From the NCBI RefSeq assembly GCF_009914755.1, contig NC_060925.1: 64,000 nucleotides of DNA; one strand, given 5' to 3'. The notes below the pieces were generated by a model. That model saw only the letters and a list, made by a program, of their open reading frames with translations. It did no database searches and was not told where the DNA came from. Source of the stretch: the human T2T-CHM13v2.0 reference genome, Homo sapiens. The translations under genes and the position numbers were made by a program. Below, one piece after another: positions 26,532 to 40,699 of the stretch; position 1 is the first letter of the stretch, and each line of letters begins with the position of its first letter.

Positions 26532-26889
26532 TGTATTAGTCCCTTTTCACAATGCTGATAAACACATACCCAAGACTGGGCAATTTACAAAAGAAAGAGT
26601 TTTAATGGACTCACAGTTTCACGTGGCTGGGGAGACCTCACAATCATGGCAGAAGGTGAAAGGCACATCTCGAATGATGGCAGACAAGAGAAGAGAGTTT
26701 GTGCAGGGAAACCTCCCTTTATAAAACCATCAGAGCTCGTGAGACTTATTCACTATCATGAGAATAGCACAGGAAAGATCCGCCCCATAATTCAATTACC
26801 TCCCACCAGGTTCTTCCCACAACACATAGGAATTGTGGGAGCTACAATTCAAGATGAGATTTGGGTGAGGACACAGCCAATCCATATCA
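26532..26889 (-). mobile_element. THE1B-like solo LTR
   Basis: TGTATTAGTC...CCATATCA termini; perfect 5-bp TSD AAGTA. Confidence 0.9.
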
Positions 26890-27537
26890 AAGTATTTATA
26901 GATATTAATAAAAGTTATAACTATACATTGCATATGTATATTATATCACATATTTGATAACTATTTACTTTTATATAACTTTCAGATTATTGACCTACTT
27001 AAAAATCTTCAAGGGTACAACTTAATATCCTGATTATAATAAACAGCCTACAAAATATTGGGAAAGATGGACAATCAGGATGTTTAAATATAGAGAGGAT
27101 ATAAGATTGTACTAAGAAAATATTATTAATTTGGTGAAATGTAAAAGATATTTTGTATATGTAGGCAAATGTCTTTATGAGATAGCATTCTGAAGAATTT
27201 AGGACTAAAATTTCACTGTCATTTACTTTCAATTACTTCACAAAAAATAAGTAAATAGGGCAAAGTGTAACATTTTTATATCTAGGTAATCAGTTTATAA
27301 GTGTTCATTATGCATTCTTTCTCCTTTCATTTGCTCAAAATTGTTCATCATGAAAAGTGTCAATATTTGAGGAAACGAATGCAGTCAATACACTATGTAC
27401 ACTGCAAAAAACACATGTCCCCAAAAATAGAAGTGCAATATAAAGGCAATTAATTTCTAAGTCAAAAATTTAGTAACTCCACATTTTTCTATACTTATAA
27501 GACCATTTAAGCATTATTTATGGTTTCTTTATAATAG

Positions 27538-27720
27538 GACAAGTACGATCATGTGGTCCACCTCCTCAACTCTCCAATGGTGAAGTTAAGGAGATAAGAA
27601 AAGAGGAATATGGACACAATGAAGTAGTGGAATATGATTGCAATCCTAATTTTATAATAAACGGGCCTAAGAAAATACAATGTGTGGATGGAGAATGGAC
27701 AACTTTACCCACTTGTGTTG
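27538..27720 (+). CDS. CFHR5: CFHR5 exon 5, SCR4
   Basis: ataatag|GA; [16 protein letters not shown]...[10 protein letters not shown]; donor G|gtaaat. Confidence 0.97.
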
Positions 27721-27842
27721 GTAAATAAATATTAACATTTAAACAGGACAGTTACTATTACTTTGCACTTATATATAAATACACATGTAAACAGATTTAA
27801 AATATTTTCAGAGTAAGCACTCATTTTATTACATTTTCTTAG

Positions 27843-28022
27843 AACAAGTGAAAACATGTGGATACATACCTGAACTCGAGTACGGTTATGTTCAGCCGTC
27901 TGTCCCTCCCTATCAACATGGAGTTTCAGTCGAGGTGAATTGCAGAAATGAATATGCAATGATTGGAAATAACATGATTACCTGTATTAATGGAATATGG
28001 ACAGAGCTTCCTATGTGTGTTG
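27843..28022 (+). CDS. CFHR5: CFHR5 exon 6, SCR5
   Basis: ttttcttag|AA after a 122-nt intron; [14 protein letters not shown]...[10 protein letters not shown]; donor G|gtgaga. Confidence 0.97.
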
Positions 28023-28669
28023 GTGAGAAAACATTCCTAAACTTTATATTTGATTATTTATCATTTTGATTGGGATTGTATAAAGTGTATAAATCTGGCT
28101 AGAATTACAATTTTATTGATACTGACTCTTCCTTCCACAAGTAAAATATGTCAATCCATTTATTCAGGTCTTACATTAAACTTTACCATATGGTTTTATG
28201 AATTTCTTGTTATTACTGCACAGATTTCTTCACCAATTTATTTGGGATTTTTCTGGCATGATGAATGGAAACTTTTATTAATGTATATGCTTGAATAGTT
28301 ATACTTTCTATATGCAAGAATGTGATTTAATTGCATACATTATTTTTGTTTCCAGTAACCTTGTTGAATTTCTGTATTAGTTCTAATATTTAATTGGGAT
28401 ATTGTATTTCTACAAATGATGGCGATTTAATTTCTTTTATTTCATTGCTTTAACTTAGTCTTTACCTCAGCATGTTCCAGATAGAACAACCTAAAAAATA
28501 GCAATGTAGCTTGAGTTCTATTAAATTCCAGAGTGTTTGGAATCCCTTCATAGAAGAAGAGTAGGGGACTAGGACCCAGGAACTAGGCATGATCCTTGCT
28601 CTTTCTGGTCCCATAATTCTCTTATTTCTATTCCTAATTATCTACTTAGTTTGTCGGTTTCCTCCACAG

Positions 28670-28721
28670 AAGTAGTAAGTAGTAAGTAGTAAGTAAGTAG
28701 TAAGTAGTAAGTAGTAGTAGT
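28670..28721. repeat. (AAGTAGT)n / (AGT)n simple repeat
   Basis: Read directly. Confidence 0.9.
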
Positions 28722-29948
28722 CTATCAGCCTGTGTGCTCTACTCTTACCTTGCAGCCTCAGGACTTCCAGCCTTGACACTTAAGTACTTGCAGGTATTTT
28801 TTTTCCCGACACCCTCAGATCCTGGCCTCTTTTGTCCTATCTCTAGCAACCTCAATACATTAAAGCCTCTAATTTTGAACTTTAAAGACAAGCAGACTTT
28901 CCGCCGCTGTTCTCCTCCTTACAGAAACTGAAACAGAACCGCCTCTCTCTCCATCTCCTGGACTTTTGGATAATCAACTGGCCCACTCATTGCTGGGAAA
29001 AATTACTGTAGGTGTTGCCAGCCGTTGTCCCAGCAAATACCTGGTCAGTGGCCATCCGTGATGACCTATTGTGAGGGAATGTTTTCCACTACCAGGAGCC
29101 AGAACGCTGTTATGGGAAGATGTAGATCATATATCTTCATGGTCATCAACTTTTATGCAAGGAGTACATAAATATCAACCTCTAGCCCCATATGGGGTGA
29201 ATTAAAAATAGAAACTATTGCAGAAAACACCTGTAAGCATAGAAGTAGCAGAGCACACTCCATGTCTCATTATCCCATCCTTTTACACACTAAGGAAAAG
29301 GCTCCATAACTATCTACATGTTTATGGGAAACGGGAAAAAAATGTAACAATGAGAACTACTTAGACAAGCAAGAGGCTTAGTAGGAATTTATGTTCTGAA
29401 GCTCAGTTGTGTTATTATCAGTGAGTTCTTCCCCTGAGAATACTCTGACTTACTGAGTCAGAGTTTTTGCTGAGCTTTTGAAATGTGAGTCATTGAACCT
29501 CAAGGGGGACCCAGATCTATCTCTTACTGATGCTTTGCTTCCTGCAGACTTACCCATGTATTGCCTCTTTTTATTATTTAAATGTTTTGAAGATATTTAA
29601 GATAGTTTAGTGCAAAACAATCATACATGTGTACATTTTCAGAGCCTCTAACAATTCATTTGTAGCTTCCTAAGAACTATCTTTCAGTCAAAACTCCCAC
29701 TAGGAAAACCTATCTTGCACTTTCATTTCCCAGAAAACTTTCTGACCTACTTTCCTGTCATTCAAAGATGGGATACAGTTTTTTGTTTTATTTTTTCTTT
29801 TTCCAACAGCATTGTCTATTTTGTGCAATGAGATTAAGAATAAGTTTTGTGATGTTGCTTAAAAGCATCAAACATAATTATGCTATTAATATTGCAGATA
29901 TTTTATTGACATAATTGTTTAGTTTCTATTTAATATTATTTTTTATAG

Positions 29949-30125
29949 CAACACACCAACTTAAGAGGTGCAAAATAGCAGGAGTTAATATAAAAACATT
30001 ACTCAAGCTATCTGGGAAAGAATTTAATCATAATTCTAGAATACGTTACAGATGTTCAGACATCTTCAGATACAGGCACTCAGTCTGTATAAACGGGAAA
30101 TGGAATCCTGAAGTAGACTGCACAG
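29949..30125 (+). CDS. CFHR5: CFHR5 exon 7, SCR6 (basic, CFH CCP13-like)
   Basis: ttttatag|CA; THQLKRCKIAGV...GKWNPEVDCT; donor G|gtaaga. Confidence 0.97.
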
Positions 30126-30299
30126 GTAAGATTTGTTTAAAACATTTTGTTGATCTTGTTGCTTCTTTACAAGAAAAATTATTTTGAAATTAGAATGTTT
30201 TTAAATTAAATATTTATTGTGGCATATAATTTCTATGCTAATAGTAAAGTAGAAACTAGTTATAATACTCTTTCCAGACAAATGTTATTCTTTAAAAGC

Positions 30300-31503
30300 C
30301 TTGGCTTTCTGGTAAAGATGAGAGAGTAAAGCTGTTTTTACTCTATTACAGTCTCACAAAACCTTGAAAGAAAAAAAGAAATAAAGAACTGTAAAAAAAG
30401 AACAAAACTTAATCTTCAATGACATTAAGAAACAATTAAAACCCCAATTATGCACTGTGAAACAAAACTAACAGATATTGCCAATTCTGGACCAGACAGT
30501 AGGCTGAGTAAAAAGTAGGCTGAGAAAGAAAATATATTTGAGTAATCAATTATTTCCCTAAGAAAAAGTCTCACATTCCTCGAAGGCTTATATTCAAATC
30601 ATTTACTTTGAGTAATAGGATTATAAATTACAAGTAATTATAAAATGGGGCACCATATTAGATTAAAATAAACCAGAACTAGAGAAAACAAAGTGCTTAT
30701 AAAGGAATGACAATAAAAGAGAGAAGATAGACTGCAGACTTCTCATCAGCAACGTCAAAAGCCGAAGAAAATAAGGTAATCTCTTCAAAGTGCTTAGTGA
30801 AAGTAACTGGCAACCAGTCATTCTATGTACCAATATAATTCACTAATGATTCCAAAATAAAGAAATTTGCAACCACAGGAAGGATAGGAGTTTACACACA
30901 AGGTCATAGTTTGAAAGAAATCATATAAAATACACATTAATGATATAAAATACTAATTTATAGCAAAAAGTGTGATGTCATTAGAAATTGTGAGGAAAAA
31001 TACTGGAATATATTCTTAAACTTAAATACATAAGGATTTCAAAAAGATAAGATAACTACAATTTGTTTAAAGCAACTGGAACATTTTTATGTTTATAAAA
31101 TATTTGATTTCATTATATATTTTTTCTATTTGAGGAAGAGAAATATTCTGATAGTTGAAAGAAGTTTGAAGCCTTTTATGTGTCCATGAAATGTTTACTT
31201 AAATTGGCCAGTCATTCTGCCCAAAATAATTCTCACAACTTCAAATATTAAAGCCCTATAGATGACTTTTTGTAACCACAAACAAATAACATTAAAAGTG
31301 TATAAAAAGTTATCCACTTCCTTACCTTTCATTTTGGGTAAGCAAATAATTTACTTCCAAATAACCTAGTGATGTAATGTTTAAAATATTAAGAACTATG
31401 TTATAATTACAAGGATACGTAGTAAAACCTATGAGATGCAACCTAAGCAAAATTTAGAATGATGTGGCATTCATAGTCTTAAACTTATCTATTTTGGGAA
31501 AAA

Positions 31504-31558
<55 letters not shown>

Positions 31559-31620
31559 TATATATACACACACATATGTATATACACACACACATATATG
31601 TATATATGTATATATGTGTG

Positions 31621-31660
<40 letters not shown>

Positions 31661-32000
31661 ATATATATGTATATCCTAAAAAGCTAGGGGGAAAATGAAT
31701 TCAGATATTAGGAGGAAAAGGAAATAATAAAAGTAAAAGCAGAAGAAAATGAAATAGAACCTTGTATTTCCAACTAATCCAAGATATGAAACTAATGTTT
31801 TGAAAAGATTAATAAGCAGAGCTGTCTAAATGAGTTGACTCTAATCAAGAATGGTGTGCATACACAAATAAACATTTCTACAACCAAAGAGTAGATGAAA
31901 ACTGAAATACAGGGAATAATAATATGAGTTCAATTTTTTAAATAAATAAATTACAAGCATAAAGAGAAGGAAAATACTATGAGTCATAGGTATCAAAATA
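30300..32000 (+). mobile_element. Ancient L1ME-like remnant
   Basis: agactgcagacttctcatcagcaac...atctcttcaaagtgct ORF1-like motif; A-rich strand; boundaries vague. Confidence 0.5.
31505..31674. repeat. Compound (TA)21/(CA)n/(TG)n microsatellite
   Basis: Read directly. Confidence 0.95.
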
Positions 32001-33372
32001 AGGAAGAAGCCTTATTTAAAGTTTTGAGAAGAGCTGGTAGCTAGTAGTCTGGAAATTAGGTAAGAACGTTATTAGGTGGCAAATATTTGTTACACACCTT
32101 GCTTGTTCTTGAGAAAAATAATAAAATTTCTCATTTTATGCATCAGAAATACATGGCTTCAAGAAGTTATTTGGTCAAAATCAAGACTGGAACTTGTTTC
32201 CAGATTTTTATATCAGTGCTGTTTCAACTAGACTCTGTCTTTACTAGACAGAAATTTCTAAACAGATGTCCAATTCTAAAAGGAAAGTAAGGTGGGCAAC
32301 TGAGATCATTATGTGTAATGTTCTTTTTACCTAAAATATAAAAACAATAGTATATGTGTGATATTTGAATATCTAACTCACTTAGTTGGGACTTTGTTGA
32401 TGAAATTCTCATTATTATTTGTACATTTGAGATTACAGACACCTTCAGCTTCCCTATTTCCTGGCACTGGGACATCTAGGAGGCTCATAGCAGGTAACTG
32501 CTGAGTCCCTAGATTGGCAGCACAGGCCTTGAGGCTCATTCAAAAGAGTCTTGATGATACTCAATAAGTATTCATCTTTGTGACTATGTATTTAAATAAA
32601 AATACTTAAACCACCAAACAGAAATTCATAAACAACAAAAATGTTTAGTTTCCAAAATGTTTACAAAATACCTAAACAAAGAGGTAATAAGACATTAAGT
32701 AGAAGAGCTTCTAAATAATAAATAATATTGAAAACTGACCCATCTATCTATCAAATGTGCCTGATATCCTCTTTTCATGTGCTTCTCATAGACTTTCTTC
32801 AAACTCATGACCAAACTTTGCTAATCAAAAATGTATACTAACAATAATAATATCAGGCTAATTTTATTTTCTTTTGCAGTTAATTACTGAAACAACACTG
32901 ATCACAAAAGACTGGTCTTGTTAATGGTTGACTAGAATAAGATGCATCTGGAACTAAGTACTTTAAGTTCACGCTTTTCTTAAACCAGTAAATAAGTAGG
33001 ACGAGTCATATAAAACATAAAATACGCATCAGTGGGCCCCAGTCCCAGATATCTATCTAGATTTCCACAGGAACAGTTTCTGTTTAGATTTGCACTATTT
33101 TGCCTTTCTGACCTTGAAAAAATAAGGAAAAATCCAGTATAAAATTCCTATTTTAGACAATATGTATGTTTTGGCTTATTTTATACTGACCTCAGGTTCT
33201 GTTCAAATAATTTATTAAAGATCTGTTGTATATAATTATTATATTTTTTAATCTAGCTAAACCAGGAAAGAGTAGATATGCACTCTTCTGTCTTGATTTT
33301 TAAATGAAAATAGTATAGCGAGGAAAAAAAATAGCACTTTCAATGCAATAATTTTTTTTTTCACTGAATATG

Positions 33373-33604
33373 TTTTTTTTAATTATTGTTATACTTTAAG
33401 TTTTAGGGTACATGTGCACAACGTGCAGGTTTGTTACAAATGTATACATGTGTCATGTTGGTGTGCTGCACCCATTAACTCGTCATTTAGCATTAGATAT
33501 ATCTCCTAATGCTATCCCTCCCCCCTCCCCCCACCCCACAACAGCCCCCGGTGTGTGATGTTCCCCTTCCTGTGTCCATGTGTTCTCATTGTTCAATTCC
33601 CACC
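33373..33604 (-). mobile_element. Young L1PA (PA3/PA4-like) 3' tip, ~230 bp
   Basis: tatactttaagttttagggtacatgtgcacaacgtgcagg...caattcccacc. Confidence 0.9.
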
Positions 33605-34304
33605 ATTTTGAAGGGAAGTGTTAGTAGACAGTAGCCACCACTCTGGAAAAACATGAGATGAAGGAGATCACTGTAAGGGCATGAGCCCAGGTCAGGAGGT
33701 TTAGAAAACGCTTTGGCATCCAAGTTGACCATTTAAAACTTTTCCCTAAGAATAAGCCAAGCAACCAAAAAAGAATTTAATTCCTAGTCCAACGGAGGCA
33801 TTCCAGTTATGTTCATTACCAGCCATTCTCATGTTTACAAGAAAATGCAAGTCATGGAAATCCTTTATTGAGATCTAGGGTTCAGTTATTAGGGGAAGTC
33901 ATAGTTATTTCTGATTGTTGTCATTTTTATTTTTAAATTGTTTAAATTCAATGTACATAACTTTTTGAATCATATGGGTTAGTTAGAAAAAAATTAAAGA
34001 AATTTATTTGTAAATTATACAAGAGAATTGACAGGAATAATGAATAGGAGATACAAGAGAGCATCTGAAAAATTTTAAACTAATGGTTATAACAAAAAGA
34101 ATCGCTTTTTAAACTGTAAACTATAGTGACACAAAAAATATTTGTTATTATAACATTTATATATAGGGAGAGAGAAAGAGAAAGTGATAGAGAGACATAG
34201 TGTGTGTGTGTCATTGAATCTTCCATTTTCCTGAAACACTACCCTATTGAGCTGTTTTTACTTAACTTTTATTAATCATATAATTTAATTCCAATATTTT
34301 GTAG

Positions 34305-34487
34305 AAAAAAGGGAACAATTCTGCCCACCGCCACCTCAGATACCTAATGCTCAGAATATGACAACCACAGTGAATTATCAGGATGGAGAAAAAGTAGCTG
34401 TTCTCTGTAAAGAAAACTATCTACTTCCAGAAGCAAAAGAAATTGTATGTAAAGATGGACGATGGCAATCATTACCACGCTGTGTTG
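34305..34487 (+). CDS. CFHR5: CFHR5 exon 8, SCR7
   Basis: ttttgtag|AA; [15 protein letters not shown]...[10 protein letters not shown]; donor G|gttagt. Confidence 0.97.
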
Positions 34488-34721
34488 GTTAGTAGTTTAT
34501 TTCTAAGTAATTTCACTTAAAAAGAGGTTATTAATCCCCTTTGCTTTATCTAAAGAAAGAAACAAGAACTTATGACTAATCTGTTGCACTGTACCCCAAA
34601 GCCTTAAATTGCTAAGTAACCAATTCTGTCATTTAAAAAAGTTTCTCTAAGAGTTATCTCCAACAGTGTTCATAGAAGAAACAAGTTTGAAATTTCTACA
34701 TCTTCTTAAAAATCTTTTCTA

Positions 34722-35337
34722 TCATATTTTTACTGTACCTTTTCTATGTTTAAATATGTTTAGATATGCAAATACTTACCATCATGTCACAATGGCCTAT
34801 AGTATTCAGTATGGTAGCATGCTGTACAGGTTTGTGGCCTAGGACAGCAATACCCAACCTTTTTAGCATCAGGGACATGTTTTGTGGAAGACAATTTTTC
34901 CATGGACTGAGGAGGTTGGGGGATGGTTTCAGGATGAAACTCCTGTGCCTCAGATCATCAGGCATTAGATTCTCATAAGGAGCATGCAACCTAGGTCCCT
35001 TGCATGTGCAGTTCACAATAGGGTTCAAGATCCTATGAGAATCTAGTGCCCTGGTTGATCTGACAGGAGGTAGTAATGCTGGCAGTAATGCTCATTCGCC
35101 TGCCTCTCACTTCCTGTCATGCAGCCCGGTTCCTAAGAGGCCACAGAGGGTACTGGTCTGCAGCCAGGGGTTTGGGGACAATAGGAGCAATAGGCTGCAC
35201 CATATAGCCTAGGTGTGTAGTAGGCAACATTATCTAGGTTTGTGTAGGCTCACTCCATGATGCTCACACAAGGAAAAAAGAGCCTAATGACACATTTCTC
35301 AGAATATCTTCTTGTCATTAAGTGCTACATGGCTGCA
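34722..35337 (-). mobile_element. Tigger3a/MER7-like element with nested MER1B-like element (~34845-35180)
   Basis: Reverse homology to the intron 1 Tigger3; inner ccaacctttttagcatcagggac...gtggaagacaatttttcc motif. Confidence 0.75.
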
Positions 35338-36483
35338 TTTCAAAAGCACATATTTCAAAATATTACTTGACAAAACATCAGATATGGCAAAGAGTGCTTA
35401 GAGCTGGACAAGATGCCTGATAATTGAACAATCTATTTATCTAAATAAAAACCATTGGTAATTTTGCCTAGAGATATTTCCATAGGGGGTAAGTAATTGC
35501 AGTGTGTTCAAGAAAGAATGTGGGGTGATAAAGTAAGATCATGGAGGATGAGAAACAAGTAAATGTGTTCAAAAGGGAATAGAGAAATGAGGCAGTTACC
35601 GGATAGAAGATATGGAGAAAGTGAAATTTTACCTTATTGAATTGTGACATTTTCAGCATGTTTGTAGGTTGGTGAATGATTAAGTGGAAAGGGAGACATT
35701 GATGTTACAGAAGAAAGGAGATAATTCATGAAGAAGGATCTTTTACAAGTTTAAAGGTGAAAGAATCTAGTGTCATCATGAAGAAGTCAATCTGAGAAAG
35801 CAAGGACAGTAACTCAATGAAACTAGAGGATGTACAAGCAATTTGGGATAGGATTACTTAGTGATTTCATATTTATGTTCTTGGTGATATATAAAGGGAG
35901 ATCAGTCAGTACAATTGAACGTATTCCAGCCAATCTTAGCATGAAGTTGTTACTTTTTTTAGTTTTCCCCAAAATCTCTTCATTAGCATGAAGTTGAAAC
36001 ATTTATTGATAGGGAAAGATGCCTACAATATTATTTGGTATCAAAAAAGTAAATGCAGAAGAGTGTGTCTGCAATTCATTTTCAGTAAAACTACAAGTTT
36101 ATGATCATATACTAGTTGGTATATGCTATTTGCATAAAGTAATAATTACCCTGAGACTAGAAACAGTAAGAAAGTTATTTACTTTTACCTTTCCTCTTTA
36201 AGTGACAATTGAATATTAAGGGGTGGAGGAGGAACCTAGACCAGAAGTTTACTCACCTGTCTCTCCTGCCTTCAATAAAAAGTATTCCCGGTATTTTATA
36301 TGAATTTCACTTTAACATGAAAGGAGCTACAATATGTTTTGAATCAGACTTTATGACAGAAATACTGTAATTAATTATTTGAATTTCCAGACACCTTATA
36401 TTAAAGATATGATACATGATGCTTCATTATATTATTTTGTTTAAACTAACATAATGTCTCAACAAATAAATGCTGTTTTCCAG

Positions 36484-36666
36484 AGTCTACTGCATATTGT
36501 GGGCCCCCTCCATCTATTAACAATGGAGATACCACCTCATTCCCATTATCAGTATATCCTCCAGGGTCAACAGTGACGTACCGTTGCCAGTCCTTCTATA
36601 AACTCCAGGGCTCTGTAACTGTAACATGCAGAAATAAACAGTGGTCAGAACCACCAAGATGCCTAG
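36484..36666 (+). CDS. CFHR5: CFHR5 exon 9, SCR8 (CFH CCP19-like)
   Basis: ttttccag|AG; [15 protein letters not shown]...QWSEPPRCL; donor G|gtgagt. Confidence 0.97.
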
Positions 36667-38224
36667 GTGAGTTCTTAATATTCTCTTGGAATCTGAGATT
36701 TAATATTTATAGTGTAATTTTTTTGGACTAATTTCATAGAATAACCCTTACTTAAGTTTCATTCAGTCAAAATCTTTCCTGTCAAATGTAAATACATACA
36801 AGGAAACATTTGAAAAATTTGCTTTATGCAAAGTGAGAAAAATTTATTTAAAAACTATAAATAAAATTTTAAAGACCTACATGTGATAAGGTGCATTATG
36901 AAATTCTGTAGAGTCCAGAGCTATTTATGGGGCCTATTCGCACTCCATTAAATTGTTTCATGTTATAAGCATCTACCTGAGAACTTCTCACAGAGACCCT
37001 TTGAAAAACACTGGTCTAGGAAAACTGTCATTTAATACTATATAAGGTTCTACTTGTAAACCTGAAAGCTTTCCCTAGTAGAACACCTAGTTGACTAATA
37101 CTGACATGGCTTTTTACTTGCATGTTGGCAGAATTTCTAGCAGGAGAGATAGAAAATCTGGAAGAGTTACTGAGCCACTTTCTAAATCTTCACTATCCCT
37201 TCTTTTCACCCTATTTTTTTCTACTACAAAATAATGCCAATATACATATTAAGTTTCCACAAATTCATGTGCACTTTGTGGCATTAAAAAAATTAACATC
37301 GTAGACTCCTTATGAAAATTTGGAGATTCACTTTTAGGGCTTAAAAGGAGATTCTTTTATCGGTCATGACAAACTAAAAGGGACAAAATACAAAGATATG
37401 GGGCGAATTAATAACACCAATTATGGGAAAAGCATGAACGTCAGTTTACTCTATAATAAGTGGAAGAAAACTGGAATTTCCATAAACCCCTCTGTTTTCT
37501 GGTGTCCAAAAGAGACACCATGGTAATAAGGATCTGTTCCTGCAACAGTTCTCACTGTTGCCCAATACCTCACAGGGCTAGACCAGAAGTTTGTTATAGT
37601 CTTGAAAATTCATCCTTCTGACGATGTCTCTTTCTTCCACCTTCTGTAGTAACAAATTACCCCAATGCCACTATGGCCTATACAGTGCTTCAAACCACTA
37701 CTCTGTGTGAGCCCCTCTCCCAGGATATCATTAAAATTGTGTGGGAACTGAACTCAGAAAGTGTTGAGTTAGTATAAGGCAGAAGTATCATCTGAACAAT
37801 TTTGCTAGAATGAAGAAAAACTAGGTTTCAAAGATAACTTCTAGGATTTAACTTGGAGTGATTGATGGATAGACAAAAATGCCATTATCTAATATTTTAA
37901 GTACAGCCAAGTTTTAGATGGTCCAATAATTTAAAATTCGCAGAAATTATCATGGCCAGTGATCATAAAATAAATTTCCAAAAGAAAAGTAAGAACAAAA
38001 TTTGTAACCTAAAAAGTGTGTACCATGTTGACAATCAGAGTTTGTGGGAAGGGCATTCTAGCAAAAAGAAACAGTATTTTGAACAATAACAAACACAAAC
38101 ACACAATCACGAAAACAAACAAGCAAAAAAACCCATCATAGATATCTGGAAAATTCAAGGAAACATGATCTAACTATGAAATGTAAAATAATTTTATTTC
38201 CCATGAGATAGGAGATTAAGATTA

Positions 38225-38590
<366 letters not shown>

Positions 38591-38636
38591 TCATGGGTAT
38601 TGAATGAAGTAGGGAGCCATTACATATTTTTAATAG

Positions 38637-38957
<321 letters not shown>

Positions 38958-39384
38958 CAATGTAGTATTTTTAAATTATCAGTTGACTAAGAACATGTGG
39001 TTATTTTACACCGAGAAAACATGCAATATGGGGAAATTGTTTAAGGCCCTGGCAGAGATAGATTAGAGTCTTGACTAGTAGGTAAAAAACAGGAACCAAA
39101 TGAAAGAGGGGTTAAAGATAACTTCAAAATTTCTCGATTTATGGAGAATATTCTCAGGTGCTTAACACATAAGAATTTTTACAAATCAATCAAAATTCAG
39201 TATAAAAATTATGTAAGGTACATAAACAGAAAATGAAAAACATATGGCAAACATGAAAGAATGCTTGTCTACACGAACATAAAATTTCAGTGAAGTGTCA
39301 ATGTTCAACTAGGAGATCGGCAAAAAGAAAAAAGTATATAACATAAAGACTTGGCAAGGATGTGGAGAGTTAAGCACTCTAATA

Positions 39385-39840
39385 TACATACAAGTGTATA
39401 ATTACATATACATGTGTGTATATGTAATATAAATATATTACATATTACATATATTTTTAACATATATGTATACACATATACATATGTAACATATCTAAAT
39501 ATACATAAGTATGTATGTATAATATATGTATACTTATATACACATGATACATATACATACAATATATGTATACATATAATATACATATAATATGTTATGT
39601 ATAATATATTATATTATACATTATATATAATCCATATATTATACATAATATACCGATATATATTTATACATTAGATATAAATTGATTACATTACATTAGA
39701 TATAAATTGTATGTAACATGTATACAATTAACGTACATATATTACAATTAACATACATATAAATGTATGTTATATATACACATTATATTATGTATTATGT
39801 ATTATATATTATATATAAGATATATATAAATATATATATA
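39385..39840. repeat. AT-rich (TA/TACA)n low-complexity tract
   Basis: Read directly. Confidence 0.85.
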
Positions 39841-40004
39841 AAGTGCTGATTTTAAGAAAGAGTGAGTGATATCTGGGGTCAGGGAAGAAGATAACATTGT
39901 TTTTTCTACAGAAATCAAGGTTTCACAAAGTTAAGATTCACAAATAATTACATTATAAAAAGGGATATCTAAACAAACAACATTCATGCTGGTAGAATTT
40001 TTAG

Positions 40005-40175
40005 TAAAGTATAGCAATTAAGAGCTCAGGTTCTGAACTCATACTGGCAGGATGCATATTCTGGCTCAAAACACTCACTAAACTGTGTAGCCTTGAGAAA
40101 ATCTCTTAGCATTTATTTCCTCATATGTAGCCCATACACAGTGCTAAGAACAGTACCAAGAATAACTCAATAAAT
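40005..40175 (+). mobile_element. MIR fragment
   Basis: ttaagagctcaggttctgaac...ctgtgtagccttgagaaaatc core. Confidence 0.55.
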
Positions 40176-40309
40176 ATTATTTTTTAAATAAATATTAATA
40201 TTTTTCATCATTTTAATTCCAAAATATTCTTAAATGCAATTTCACTATTCTATGAAAGGTAAAGATGTATTATTATTTATTTATTTTATTTTACCATTTC
40301 TTCTTTCAG

Positions 40310-40506
40310 ATCCATGTGTGGTATCTGAAGAAAACATGAACAAAAATAACATACAGTTAAAATGGAGAAACGATGGAAAACTCTATGCAAAAACAGGGGA
40401 TGCTGTTGAATTCCAGTGTAAATTCCCACATAAAGCGATGATATCATCACCACCATTTCGAGCAATCTGTCAGGAAGGGAAATTTGAATATCCTATATGT
40501 GAATGA
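40310..40506 (+). CDS. CFHR5: CFHR5 exon 10 coding part, SCR9 (CFH CCP20-like) + stop
   Basis: ttctttcag|AT; PCVVSEENMNKNNIQLKW...EYPICE; TGA at 40504-40506. Confidence 0.97.
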
Positions 40507-40699
40507 AGCAAGCATAATTTTCCTGAATATATTCTTCAAACATCCATCTATGCTAAAAGTAGCCATTATGTAGCCAATTCTGTAGTTACTTCTTTTATTC
40601 TTTCAGGTGTTGTTTAACTCAGTTTTATTTAGAACTCTGGATTTTTAGAGCTTTAGAAATTTGTAAGCTGAGAGAACAATGTTTCACTTAATAGGAGGG

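Noticed and set aside
28670-28721. Short repeat array as CRISPR-like or telomere-like
   Set aside because: There are no spacers, the context is a eukaryotic intron, and the unit is not TTAGGG.
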